Shown: positions 1-8,772 of the stretch, one piece after another
How positions within the stretch are numbered: the first letter of the stretch is position 1
Layout of the letters: each line of letters starts with the position of its first letter
Source of the DNA: a virus
Strand: one strand, 5' to 3'
DNA: 64,000 bases
Virus record (IMG/VR): IMGVR_UViG_3300025288_000012
Location: 126,919-190,918 of that record
Notes under the pieces: model-generated
Told to the model about the DNA's origin: nothing
Databases searched by the model: none
What the model saw: the letters and a program-made list of their open reading frames with translations, nothing else
Program-made: the position numbers and the translations under genes

Positions 1-1
1 T

Positions 2-1447
2 GCAGTTCGTGCAGAGGCCATAATTCCCAATGCCGCGTTCAAGAAATACTTCACAGGTGCATACCGCAACCCTCGCAATCTTGTTGCGGGTGCTATGAAC
101 AAACGTTCCGTACACGAGTCCCTACCGCACATACACGTCATTGCCTACGAGATCATAGAGCCTCGTATGAAGCCTTCGGCAGCATTAGCGAAGCTGAAAC
201 AATATGGATTCAACGTGGTACCTTACAAGGTGTACAACACACTAAGTGTTGCCATGCTAAGTAAGCTCCTGGCCACTCGCAAGGCACGTTCTAAGTACGA
301 CATTGACGGACTTGTTATTGAACAAGACCAGCTGAACCGTAGGCCTAGTGCAGGCAACAATCCAGGCTACGCAGTCGCGTTCAAAGAAGCCGATGAAAAC
401 CAGATGCACGACACCAAGGTAATTGAAGTGCAGTGGGAAGCCTCAAAGCTTGGAGCACTAAAGCCCGTCCTACGCATCCAACCTGTAGAGCTTCCGGGCA
501 ACACAATAAACTACGTTACTGGTCACAACGCCTTCTTCATTGAGCATGGATACCGCAGCAAAGACAAGCTGAAGGGAATGCCCGTTAAACCGATCGGTCC
601 AGGTGCGGTAGTAAAGATCATTCGTAGTGGTGACGTTATACCCCACGTGGTAGAGGTAGTAAAGGGTTGTACCAAGCCTCAGATGCCCGACGAGCCATAC
701 AAGTATGGTCGCACTGGCATAGACATATACCAGACAGTGACCTCTGATCTAACCAAAGAGAAGCTCATAACTTCGTTCTTCGTTACAGTAGGTGTGGAGT
801 ACATGAAGCTCAACACTGTGCAGAAGCTAGTTCAGAACGGTTTCAATAGCATACCGAAGATCCTTCGTGCTAAAGCAGCCGACTTCCTAGTCATACCTGG
901 TTTCAAAGCCACGTTAGCGAACAAGCTTTACGCTGCCATTCAAGCAAAGACACGCGAAGTAGAACTCCACACCTTGATGGATGCCTCAGGTGTGTTCGGT
1001 GCAGGTCTAGGAGAGAAGCGGCTAAAGCCTCTTATAGAGACCTTCCCCAATATTCTGACCTGGGTTAATCTAAAGCCTTCCTATATAGAAGAGCGAGTTA
1101 AGACCGTTCGAGGTTTTAACCAGACTGCAGCACAGTTCGCCGTTGGATTCCCGAAGTTTCTGAAATGGCTTGCCACTACTCGTATCAAGCCTATACTGCC
1201 CGCAAAGATCAAAAAGACAGGCACTATCCTGCAAGGTCACACCGTAGTATTCACGGGAATCCGTGTTCCTGACCTGGAAACAACCATAATTTCTAATGGT
1301 GGAAAGATAGGGTCTGGCGTCAATTCTACGACGACTATTCTGATAGCCAAAGATCCTAATGAGAACAGTGCCAAGCTTAGAAAAGCAGCTGACCTAGGGA
1401 TATCCATCATGACCGTGGATAAGTTCAAATCGAAGTTTAAGGTGTAA
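2..1447 (+). CDS. ligA: NAD-dependent DNA ligase (5' end outside window)
   Basis: The frame is open back to base 2 (..YRNPRNLVAGAMN..). Motifs YDIDGLVI, AVAFK, WEASKLGALKP, IIRSGDVIPHV, HhH region and a C-terminal BRCT (VVFTG..GGKI..TTILIA). Confidence 0.95.
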   Translation, partial: AVRAEAIIPNAAFKKYFTGAYRNPRNLVAGAMNKRSVHESLPHIHVIAYEIIEPRMKPSAALAKLKQYGFNVVPYKVYNTLSVAMLSKLLATRKARSKYDIDGLVIEQDQLNRRPSAGNNPGYAVAFKEADENQMHDTKVIEVQWEASKLGALKPVLRIQPVELPGNTINYVTGHNAFFIEHGYRSKDKLKGMPVKPIGPGAVVKIIRSGDVIPHVVEVVKGCTKPQMPDEPYKYGRTGIDIYQTVTSDLTKEKLITSFFVTVGVEYMKLNTVQKLVQNGFNSIPKILRAKAADFLVIPGFKATLANKLYAAIQAKTREVELHTLMDASGVFGAGLGEKRLKPLIETFPNILTWVNLKPSYIEERVKTVRGFNQTAAQFAVGFPKFLKWLATTRIKPILPAKIKKTGTILQGHTVVFTGIRVPDLETTIISNGGKIGSGVNSTTTILIAKDPNENSAKLRKAADLGISIMTVDKFKSKFKV

Positions 1448-1449
1448 CC

Positions 1450-2013
1450 ATGAAAATCAAAGTGTTCATGTCAACTTCTGAGGAAATGACACTAGCTAGT
1501 GCATACCGCAAGTTTTTAGCGGCTAGTAAGCTTGCTGCTGGTGCTCTTAAAAGCCCTACATTGGCAGACCAGTACCATGTAGCGATAGTGAGAGACCTAT
1601 ACCATTTCTTGACTGACAACGACTTTACCTGTGATGTTCTGCTGGGAATGGGGTTCAAGAAACCTCTGGTAAATGCAGCCAAGAGCATAACGGAAGACCT
1701 TGAGGATCATGGCTACTCTGTAGTTGCGGACCACTTGGAACACGCTGTGGTGAAGGTCAATCAGCTCATTATTGACCCTTCGTATTCCCGACTGGGTACG
1801 TCGTATGAGACGCGGGATAACTACCCTGTACGTGACTTCTATAACTATTGGGAGTTAGTAAAGCCTATCAAGCACTTGCTTGACTTGACCCCGCTGGCAC
1901 TCGCAGACCGAATCAAAAACATGCAAGAACCAGCTCATGCCTCTACGCTTCTGAAGAGCAAAAAGAAGAAAGCTAAGCGTACACTAGTCATCAACATTCA
2001 GAAGTCAAACTAA
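1450..2013 (+). CDS. Hypothetical protein with MKIKVFMSTS leader; candidate internal head protein
   Basis: 187-aa ORF starting just after the ligase stop; the N-terminus matches the shared leader pattern. Confidence 0.7.
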   Translation: MKIKVFMSTSEEMTLASAYRKFLAASKLAAGALKSPTLADQYHVAIVRDLYHFLTDNDFTCDVLLGMGFKKPLVNAAKSITEDLEDHGYSVVADHLEHAVVKVNQLIIDPSYSRLGTSYETRDNYPVRDFYNYWELVKPIKHLLDLTPLALADRIKNMQEPAHASTLLKSKKKKAKRTLVINIQKSN

Positions 2014-2031
2014 TCATCATCCGAGGCTCGC

Positions 2032-3660
2032 ATGAAACTTTTCTTCAACAGTCTATCAGCGTCAGACGAAAGCGTAGATGCTTTCCTGTATGTACTTATA
2101 GTCATCATACTTGCGGTAAACAAGAACGACGTACAGGAGTTCACTAAAGGTCTTACGGCTAAAATGCACAAGGCAAATGACCTTCTGCGTCAGCACGGTG
2201 CTCACAAGTCTACCGTAAAGTACTTCAACAAGTTCCTTCTTACCAAGAGTCTTTCTGATGCCGAGGCTGCGGAACTGGGTAAGACACTGAAGACCTTCAA
2301 GGTGTCATTCACCCGTGACGTTTCTATTGACTTGTCCCACTTAGACTTGTTGAATGCTTGTATCCAGAACCTATCAACTGATTCTGAAGCTGCATGGCGT
2401 AAGATAGAGCGAGATGTCAAGATCCTCAACAACGCTGACCTTACTTCGGTCTTCACAACTGAGTCAACCATTGAAGTACAGGGTATCACCTATATTACGG
2501 CAGCATCCCGGATAAAGCCGCTAGTAAAGAAACTCAGTGGTAAGCTGGACACAGTGTTCCTTACTATTGCAGAGGCTCAGGCAGCCCGAGCTGCTCAACC
2601 TGAAGTGTACGCGGAGTACACTAAGCTCCTTAAGGTTATAAACCAGACCGTCAAGCACGAGATCTTTACGTTTGTTCGCAAAAAGAAGCAATCACTTGTG
2701 GACGTAGACGTAGTACGGTCGCATCTCGAATCGCTGAAGATGCCAAACAACTTACCCCGGGGTTTCGTGGGTGGTCAAGTAGACGAATCAGGCAAGTTCT
2801 ACACGGCCGAAGGACGCATGCTGGACAAAGTCCCAAGTGGTATGGTTGTTATGAATCCAAAGTATGATCCTGCTACGGATAACACTTATGCCTTCACCAC
2901 CAGTGAAGGCATACGCTACCGTACTCAGACGTTCTTGTCTAACAACAAGAAGGCTCGGCACAGCGTAGTGCGCGAGTTCATGCAGAATGAAGAAGAGCAT
3001 CGTACCAGGTGGCGCCTAGACCTGACGAAAAAAGGTTCCGAAGAACAGGTACTTGCAGCCATGGTTGAGCTACTCTACACAACTTCTGCTCGTATTGGTG
3101 GAAAGGACAACGCTACTGCAGGTGAACCCACCTATGGTCTGAGTACCTTGCAAGTTGCATGGGTAAAGATGACCCCAACAAAGATAATCTTGGACTACAC
3201 GGGAAAGAAACTGGCAAACCAGTACGTCGAGTACAAGGTTAACACACCGACTGCGAAGAAGGTGCAGGAGATCATCAGAGCTCAATTGGATCGTAAGACT
3301 CCCGAGTCCATGCTGTTTACGTTCAATCATCGCCATTTGAGCAGACAACGGGTCGCTGCCTACCTAAAGACATTGGGCATACAGCTTACTCCTCACTCCT
3401 TCCGCCGCATTACAGGAACGAAACTAGCCGAGTCAATATTGGCCAAGGCTCCTTTCAAAGCTTCTGCTTATCCAAAGCAGGCTGAAGTTGAGAAGTGGTT
3501 CAAAGATGCCGCACTAAAGATCGGTGAAGCATTGCATCACCGTAGTGGGGAGAAGGTTACATCCGCTACTGCCATCAAGTCTTATATTGACCCACAAGTC
3601 ATCGAAGACTATTTCGTCGGCCTAGGACTTCGTCGTCCCAAATGGCTACCCACCAAGTAA
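2032..3660 (+). CDS. Type IB DNA topoisomerase-like protein with N-terminal extension and MKLFFNSLSAS leader
   Basis: Catalytic-domain motifs in order: SARIGG..TYGLSTL, DYTGKK, TPHSFRRITGT, ALHH, AIKSYIDP. These match bacterial/poxviral TopIB (RVG..YGLTTL, F.GK, KDFRT, LGN, KSY.HP). Confidence 0.8.
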   Translation: MKLFFNSLSASDESVDAFLYVLIVIILAVNKNDVQEFTKGLTAKMHKANDLLRQHGAHKSTVKYFNKFLLTKSLSDAEAAELGKTLKTFKVSFTRDVSIDLSHLDLLNACIQNLSTDSEAAWRKIERDVKILNNADLTSVFTTESTIEVQGITYITAASRIKPLVKKLSGKLDTVFLTIAEAQAARAAQPEVYAEYTKLLKVINQTVKHEIFTFVRKKKQSLVDVDVVRSHLESLKMPNNLPRGFVGGQVDESGKFYTAEGRMLDKVPSGMVVMNPKYDPATDNTYAFTTSEGIRYRTQTFLSNNKKARHSVVREFMQNEEEHRTRWRLDLTKKGSEEQVLAAMVELLYTTSARIGGKDNATAGEPTYGLSTLQVAWVKMTPTKIILDYTGKKLANQYVEYKVNTPTAKKVQEIIRAQLDRKTPESMLFTFNHRHLSRQRVAAYLKTLGIQLTPHSFRRITGTKLAESILAKAPFKASAYPKQAEVEKWFKDAALKIGEALHHRSGEKVTSATAIKSYIDPQVIEDYFVGLGLRRPKWLPTK

Positions 3661-3681
3661 ATCTAAAGGAAATACCATGAA
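3646..3681 (+). repeat. 36-bp direct repeat, copy 1 (copy 2 at 4089-4124)
   Basis: ctacccaccaagtaaatctaaaggaaataccatgaa vs ctacccatcaagtaaatctaaaggaaataccatgaa; 1 mismatch. Confidence 0.95.
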
Positions 3682-4081
3682 AGTCCTAGTTAGTTTGTCT
3701 ACCTTTGTTTTTGCTATGAACGATCCTGATATAGAGGTAATGAAAAACCCAAAAGCAACCACAGCAGCGCTTATGAAGGGCATTCAAAGCAAAAATCCCA
3801 TGGTGAGAAGGGCAGTCATGCGAAACCCCAATGCAACTGCCGAAATCATATCCAAGGGCCTGACTGACCAGTACGCAGTAGTTCGTGCAGCTGCCTTTAA
3901 GAGTCCCAAGGTCACAGTTGCACAACTGCTCAAAGGCATTAAGGACAAGGACAAGGCCGTTCGTCTAGCCGTTGTTAGTAACCCTAAAGCCACTACCGAG
4001 ATTCTGGAGCAAGGTTCCACTGACAAGGGCGCACGAGTCAAAAAGGAGTCTTTGCAAAAGTTGAAAAGCACTAAAAAGTAA
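3677..4081 (+). CDS. HEAT/LRV-like helical repeat protein with MKVLVSLS leader
   Basis: Repeated VR.AV..NP.AT.E(I/L)L..G..D units; strong AAGGA RBS. Confidence 0.8.
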   Translation: MKVLVSLSTFVFAMNDPDIEVMKNPKATTAALMKGIQSKNPMVRRAVMRNPNATAEIISKGLTDQYAVVRAAAFKSPKVTVAQLLKGIKDKDKAVRLAVVSNPKATTEILEQGSTDKGARVKKESLQKLKSTKK

Positions 4082-4088
4082 TCTTTGC

Positions 4089-4124
4089 CTACCCATCAAG
4101 TAAATCTAAAGGAAATACCATGAA
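4089..4124 (+). repeat. 36-bp direct repeat, copy 2
   Basis: Near-identical to 3646-3681. It leads into the 16-aa mini-ORF 4120-4170 (MKSGRGDWKRQKSKLL). Confidence 0.95.
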
Positions 4125-4200
4125 GTCTGGACGCGGTGACTGGAAACGCCAGAAGAGCAAGCTCCTCTGATTGCAGCCACTCTTAACCTAAGGAACCCTC

Positions 4201-4422
4201 ATGAAAGCCATCATTCATACCAGTCTGTCCCGCAAGCGTTCGCACAAGTCTCCCCGGTCTAGCTTCATGTCTATGTTGATGACCAAGCTGGGTGGAGACC
4301 CGGGTAACGCAATTGCCGACGCCTTCGTTAAACCTGATCCCGAGAAGTTCAAAGAACTGATGGAGGAAGTCGTGAACTCCATGGCCAAGTCCATCGGTCG
4401 TACGCCGCCTAAGGTTGAATAA
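4201..4422 (+). CDS. Small hypothetical protein (MKAIIHTSLS leader)
   Basis: 73 aa; AAGGA RBS; leader pattern. Confidence 0.7.
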   Translation: MKAIIHTSLSRKRSHKSPRSSFMSMLMTKLGGDPGNAIADAFVKPDPEKFKELMEEVVNSMAKSIGRTPPKVE

Positions 4423-4475
4423 GATGAAGAAGCACAATGATTTCAGTTAACCTTATATAACTTTTGGCCTGGGAC

Positions 4476-4757
4476 ATGAAACTTTGGATTTCAACCTCTA
4501 GTGTGCAACTAATACCGAGCTCACCCTCGGTATTAACCTTGTTCCACGTACCCAAGTCCTTGCCGTTTCAAGGCTTGCCCTTCGTTGAAGGAGTAGCTGT
4601 ATTTGTTCCCCACCAGGTGAACAAGAAGGTACCGGATCACGTCAAGAAGTTGCTCTTCAGCATAAAACCTATTGGCTGGGACTACGCACCAGAGGGTTTG
4701 ACACACCATCAGCTTCCTTACAATGCACGTCTGGGCGTTGTCGAGTTACCACCGTGA
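4476..4757 (+). CDS. Small hypothetical protein (MKLWISTSS leader)
   Basis: Start reassigned from the track's TTG at 4464 to the ATG at 4476, which gives the shared leader. Confidence 0.6.
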   Translation: MKLWISTSSVQLIPSSPSVLTLFHVPKSLPFQGLPFVEGVAVFVPHQVNKKVPDHVKKLLFSIKPIGWDYAPEGLTHHQLPYNARLGVVELPP

Positions 4758-5166
4758 AGAAGAAGCAGTAAGTCTTCTGGAAAAGAACGGGTTCAAGATC
4801 AATAAGGTCGAATTGACTGGTCCTCAGTTTCTTGAGCTTAACAAGCCACCAGTGTTTGACAAAGTACCTATTCAACCTGGTCAAGTAGTGCTGAATCCTA
4901 GACTACTGTACCCACGTGCTAGGTTCTTGTGGAGCGCTCACAACAAGAAATTCACTGAGTGGGAACGAACATTCGTTTACAACATAGGTGGTCTTCTGAA
5001 GGCAGGTAGATCGTTGTCACCTAAGCAGCTCGAACATCTGAATAAGTTGTTCGACAAGTACAAGGTTGCATTAGATGCTGTTGCCTCAGATGCTCTTGAC
5101 GCTAGTCTTAAGAAACTGGATCTCTCAAGAGAAGATCTTGCCAAACACCTGCACAAAAGGGTATAG
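4723..5166 (+). CDS. Hypothetical protein (MHVWALSS leader variant)
   Basis: 147-aa ORF overlapping the previous gene. Confidence 0.6.
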   Translation: MHVWALSSYHREEEAVSLLEKNGFKINKVELTGPQFLELNKPPVFDKVPIQPGQVVLNPRLLYPRARFLWSAHNKKFTEWERTFVYNIGGLLKAGRSLSPKQLEHLNKLFDKYKVALDAVASDALDASLKKLDLSREDLAKHLHKRV

Positions 5167-5223
5167 AAATCAAACTTCTACGTACTTCAAAGTTGTTTGA
5201 CAAAGGCGTAGCAGCAAATAACA

Positions 5224-5230
5224 TAATTTT
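5224..5230 (+). promoter_or_regulatory. TAATTTT motif (candidate phage late promoter element)
   Basis: The same heptamer precedes starts at 9668, 13795, 25532, 32904 and 41584 (+) and 51919, 60527 (-). Confidence 0.5.
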
Positions 5231-5256
5231 TGACAATCGAAAACGTGGGAGTAACC

Positions 5257-5652
5257 ATGAAACTAAAGGTAGCACTGGCAAGCGTTGGCTTGCCCTCTCC
5301 AGAGGTTATGCGTATGTATAACCACATTGTGCCTAAAGGGTTTGAATTTCAACTCATTAACTTCGAGGATACAGTTGAAACTGGAGAGAACATTCGTGGT
5401 TACTTCTACATTAACAGCACTCCAACAGCAGAAGTACTTGGACTGGTGCAGAAAGTTATCATTGCCGCAAAGGCACTTGGCTTCACTACAGTTTCACGTA
5501 AGGTAGGCCTGAATCAGATACTGTACACCTGGTACAAGTCAGATATGGGTAAGTCGTATAGACTGGAACTGTGGCAAAATCTTAGACAGGATGGGTTGAG
5601 TGAACTAGCTCTGTCTCTCGAAGAGTACGTAACCAAACCAAAAGGTATCTAG
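5257..5652 (+). CDS. Hypothetical protein (MKLKVALAS leader)
   Basis: ATG at 5257 follows a GGGAG RBS; TAATTTT motif lies upstream. Confidence 0.7.
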   Translation: MKLKVALASVGLPSPEVMRMYNHIVPKGFEFQLINFEDTVETGENIRGYFYINSTPTAEVLGLVQKVIIAAKALGFTTVSRKVGLNQILYTWYKSDMGKSYRLELWQNLRQDGLSELALSLEEYVTKPKGI

Positions 5653-5654
5653 TC

Positions 5655-6398
5655 ATGGACTTTTCTTCTCAATCCTTTGAAATTCGTGGTGGTCCCGTTG
5701 TAGAGCTGAACAAGAACAAGTTCGAGGACGTAGTTACGAAGCTCTCCGGTGATTCTGCCCACAGCATTGAGGCCAATACATGGCTTCCGTTCGCTGCGAA
5801 GGAATACAACCTCAGTCCTGATATTCGCGATTACGTACTGGTTCCTGTTCCGGTAATCATCACCGAAATGCCCAACACCAATGGAGACTCTGTCACTATC
5901 AAGGAGCTGCTGAAGTTCAACCCCGAAATGGGTATGCAGGCATTCAAGACAGCTCGTGGTAAACCGTGTCACCACGAACACGACAATCGTGACTACACCA
6001 AGGCCAAAGGCGTTATCCTTGATGCCTTCATTCGTCCCATCCGTAGATTCGGTAACAACCGCTACTACAAAGTCATTGAACTGATGGGTTACGATCGGTC
6101 GAAGGATCCGATGCTCGTGAACTCCATTCTAAGTGGTGAGAACAACGCCTACTCTGTTGGATTCTATTACAAGTCCTACACCTGCTCCGTGTGCGGAAAG
6201 ACCGTTGGGCAGACCAAGTTCGGTTCTTCTCAGGCGTGCGACCACACTTTCCTGCGTCGCAAACCCTACGCGATGAACGATGGACGCCTAGCCTATCGTC
6301 AATGCCACGACATCCTATTCTTTGAGACGTCAGTTGTAGCTGACCCCGCCTACAAATGTGCAATAGGGCCCCATGTAATGAATCCTTCAATTTTGTAA
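5655..6398 (+). CDS. Prohead maturation serine protease (HK97/T4 gp21 clan-like) with Cys insertion
   Basis: GKP..HEHD (His), YSVGF (Ser), CSVC, and the C-terminal FFETSVVADPAY motif; located upstream of scaffold and MCP. Confidence 0.8.
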   Translation: MDFSSQSFEIRGGPVVELNKNKFEDVVTKLSGDSAHSIEANTWLPFAAKEYNLSPDIRDYVLVPVPVIITEMPNTNGDSVTIKELLKFNPEMGMQAFKTARGKPCHHEHDNRDYTKAKGVILDAFIRPIRRFGNNRYYKVIELMGYDRSKDPMLVNSILSGENNAYSVGFYYKSYTCSVCGKTVGQTKFGSSQACDHTFLRRKPYAMNDGRLAYRQCHDILFFETSVVADPAYKCAIGPHVMNPSIL

Positions 6399-6450
6399 AA
6401 GGAAAGACCATGAAAACAATTATCAGTATGTATCAGTCCACAAGTGCTGT
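6398..6450 (+). repeat. 53-bp direct repeat, copy 1 (copy 2 at 7712-7764)
   Basis: aaaggaaagaccatgaaaaca(a/g)ttatcagtatgtatcag(t/c)ccacaagt(g/t)ctgt; 3 mismatches. Copy 1 encodes mini-ORF 6410-6463 (MKTIISMYQSTSAVVQS). Confidence 0.95.
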
Positions 6451-6472
6451 AGTTCAATCTTAGGAAATCCCC

Positions 6473-7699
6473 ATGAAAATCTTTATCGCCCTAGCGGCAA
6501 CAGCCCACTTAAAGGGGGATAGAGTCGTCGTAAAGTTCGGTAATAACCAGTGGTACACTGGGTCTGTCGCCTCTATTGGGAAGAAAATCACAGTTCTTTT
6601 TGACGATGGTGAGAAACACGCTTATGAACTAGGTGACACTTCTGTCAAAGGAATTACCTCGAAGCGTAAGTCTAAGGCAGCAATCACTAACGCTGACGCG
6701 AAGCTGCTGTACTCTGCACCCGTAGCCACACCAAAGGCACGTACTCCAAGAGCTGCTACCCCGGCCAAAACTGCTGAGCCTAAGGTACGCACACCTAAGG
6801 CAGCTGCCAAGCCTGTTGCCTCAACGCCAGAGGCACCTAAGGCAAACTCTTTCGTTGGATCAGTTGTCAAAAGTACGTTCGGTCCCATTGTCGTACTCTC
6901 CAAGAAGTATGGCCGTAAGTACGCTGAGTTCAAGTGGTCAAAACTTGATAACTCTGGAACGGGATGGCTGAAGTTCCCAGTGGATGAACGTGACGCTTCG
7001 CATTTTGTACGCTTCCCCTTCATTCGTGATGCAACACCTAAGGAAATGTCTGGTGGTCGTCAGAAACTTAGCGAGCGCTATACCAGGATAAGCAATGCTC
7101 TGCAAGAATCTCGGGACAAGATAAAAAGCCAGAAGATCCAACCAGGTGACGTAGTAAAGGTTACGTACTCTAGCAGTGTAGCCAATGAGGCCGTTCTAGA
7201 AGTTAACTACAGAACGGGTAAGGTTGCTATAGTTCGTAGCTCCGAAGGTGCAGCTTCGTACTACAGCAAGAAGCGCTACCTTCCTATTCGTCTCTGTGAG
7301 AAGATCGCTGACGGTGGTGGAAAGTTCGACCCCAACAATCCCATTTACGCCAAGTACAATATCTACATACCGCAATTCTACAAGTCAGGAAACACAGTCG
7401 CACCCAATCGTAATAAAGCCCGGCACAAGTTGTTTGGACTTAGCTCGAACTTCAACTTTAGCACCTACATGCCACCCGACGTAGTTGTTGCACTTGAAAA
7501 GTCAATAAAAGCAGCAAACGAAGTAGGTAATGCCTCAGCACGAACGTATGCTAACGCTATGGCACAATCTGCCGAAGAATACGGAAAGAATGGGTTGTCT
7601 CTACAGATATCCTATATGCTGCTTAACTTAGGTTCGTGGAAGGGTGAAGAAGCTCGTGCCGCGAAGAAGATACTTAACAAGTGGGCAAAGGCCAATTAG
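6473..7699 (+). CDS. Multidomain protein: Tudor/SH3-like domain, K/A/P-rich linker, second SH3/KOW-like domain, helical C-terminal domain; MKIFIALAA leader
   Basis: GDRVVVKF..QWYTGSV..ITVLFDDGE; PKA/TPK repeats; QPGDVVKVTY; C-terminal YMLLNLGSWKGEEARAAKKIL. Confidence 0.75.
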   Translation: MKIFIALAATAHLKGDRVVVKFGNNQWYTGSVASIGKKITVLFDDGEKHAYELGDTSVKGITSKRKSKAAITNADAKLLYSAPVATPKARTPRAATPAKTAEPKVRTPKAAAKPVASTPEAPKANSFVGSVVKSTFGPIVVLSKKYGRKYAEFKWSKLDNSGTGWLKFPVDERDASHFVRFPFIRDATPKEMSGGRQKLSERYTRISNALQESRDKIKSQKIQPGDVVKVTYSSSVANEAVLEVNYRTGKVAIVRSSEGAASYYSKKRYLPIRLCEKIADGGGKFDPNNPIYAKYNIYIPQFYKSGNTVAPNRNKARHKLFGLSSNFNFSTYMPPDVVVALEKSIKAANEVGNASARTYANAMAQSAEEYGKNGLSLQISYMLLNLGSWKGEEARAAKKILNKWAKAN

Positions 7700-7711
7700 G
7701 CTACTACGTTC

Positions 7712-7764
7712 AAAGGAAAGACCATGAAAACAGTTATCAGTATGTATCAGCCCACAAGTTCTGT
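7712..7764 (+). repeat. 53-bp direct repeat, copy 2
   Basis: See 6398-6450. Confidence 0.95.
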
Positions 7765-8693
7765 TACGTGCCCGCAGATTCACTACGTAAGTGGAATCCC
7801 AATGAAAGTTTTAATCAGTCTCAGTGCTAGTAGTCAAGAGTGGTTTGATGGGTTGCCCAAAAGAGCACAGAAGGAATACCTCATCAACAACCCCCGCAGT
7901 AAGTTTGGTACCGTACTTGCGGCAGCTCCCAAAAAGCTTGCGGCAGCTCCCAAAAAGCTTGCTCTGCTACCGGTACCAAAACTTCGAGACCTATGGAGAC
8001 CAAGCGGTGAATTTTCGGATGCTGCTAATGAACGGGCTCGTAAAAGTGCACTCGACGAGATCTCTAAGATTAAGGCGGAGAACGAAAAACGTAAAGCAAC
8101 AAATACTAGTACCAGAGCAGTACGTTCCCAATTTCGTACCGAAAATGCCTTAAATGATAAGACTATAGCCACGTTGTCCAAAAAGCTATATGCCACACTC
8201 GGTCCCTCTGTAAGAGACACTCATGGGAAGGCCCTTTGAACTTAAAAAAGGGTGCGAAGGCAGTACCACTGGCTGAGCGGGCCGCAAAGTCTCCTCTGCT
8301 GACTAAAAATCTTCTTGTTCACACGTCCGAGTTGGCTTACGCTAACAAGTCGATTCCACTGGATGAAAGAAAACAAATCCGTGCACAAATCCGCAACCTT
8401 ACAGAGTACGGCACAAGAGAACAGCAGACTCAATTCTTGAGCAAGTTTTTGGCTGCCCACCAACGTGTAACACCCTCCGCGTCTAAGACACGCCCATCAA
8501 GGCGGAGGGTGTAGCCACTGAGGCACTGGAAGAAAAGGAGGCCAAAGCCCTGAAGCCTGCTAAGTCTGTTGCCGCACGGGATGCCCGGGAGATGTATGTT
8601 AGCCTCGCATGCTTTGCCCACTATAAGTTGCGCCTGAAGTACGAAACTGGCCCTGTGGTGCTTAAAAAGCTCAAGGTCACTATAGAAAATTGA
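7724..8693 (+). pseudogene. Frameshifted candidate internal head protein gene (pieces 7724/7802-8239, 8236-8514, 8487-8693)
   Basis: MKVLISLSAS leader at 7802 and a WF..L....Q..YL..NP.S motif. Three consecutive frames read as one K/A-rich protein if shifts near 8213 and 8488 are removed. Confidence 0.55.
7916..7962 (+). repeat. 21-bp tandem repeat (about 2.2 copies, LAAAPKK)
   Basis: cttgcggcagctcccaaaaag x2 plus cttgc. Confidence 0.95.
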
Positions 8694-8772
8694 GCAAAGA
8701 CATCGGTCGGTAATCCTATGAGGACTCAGAGTACAGAGTCCTTTTGAAGAGTTTAGTAACTAAGGAAACACC

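Noticed and set aside
5197-5227. Sigma70 promoter TTGACA-N19-CATAAT
   Set aside because: The 19-nt spacer is suboptimal and the -10 overlaps the TAATTTT motif; possible but not supported enough to call.
8470-8512. Perfect 11-bp inverted repeat (acaccctccgc/gcggagggtgt)
   Set aside because: No U-tract, 21-nt loop, and it lies within probable coding sequence. It may relate to the adjacent frameshift, but there is no independent evidence of function.
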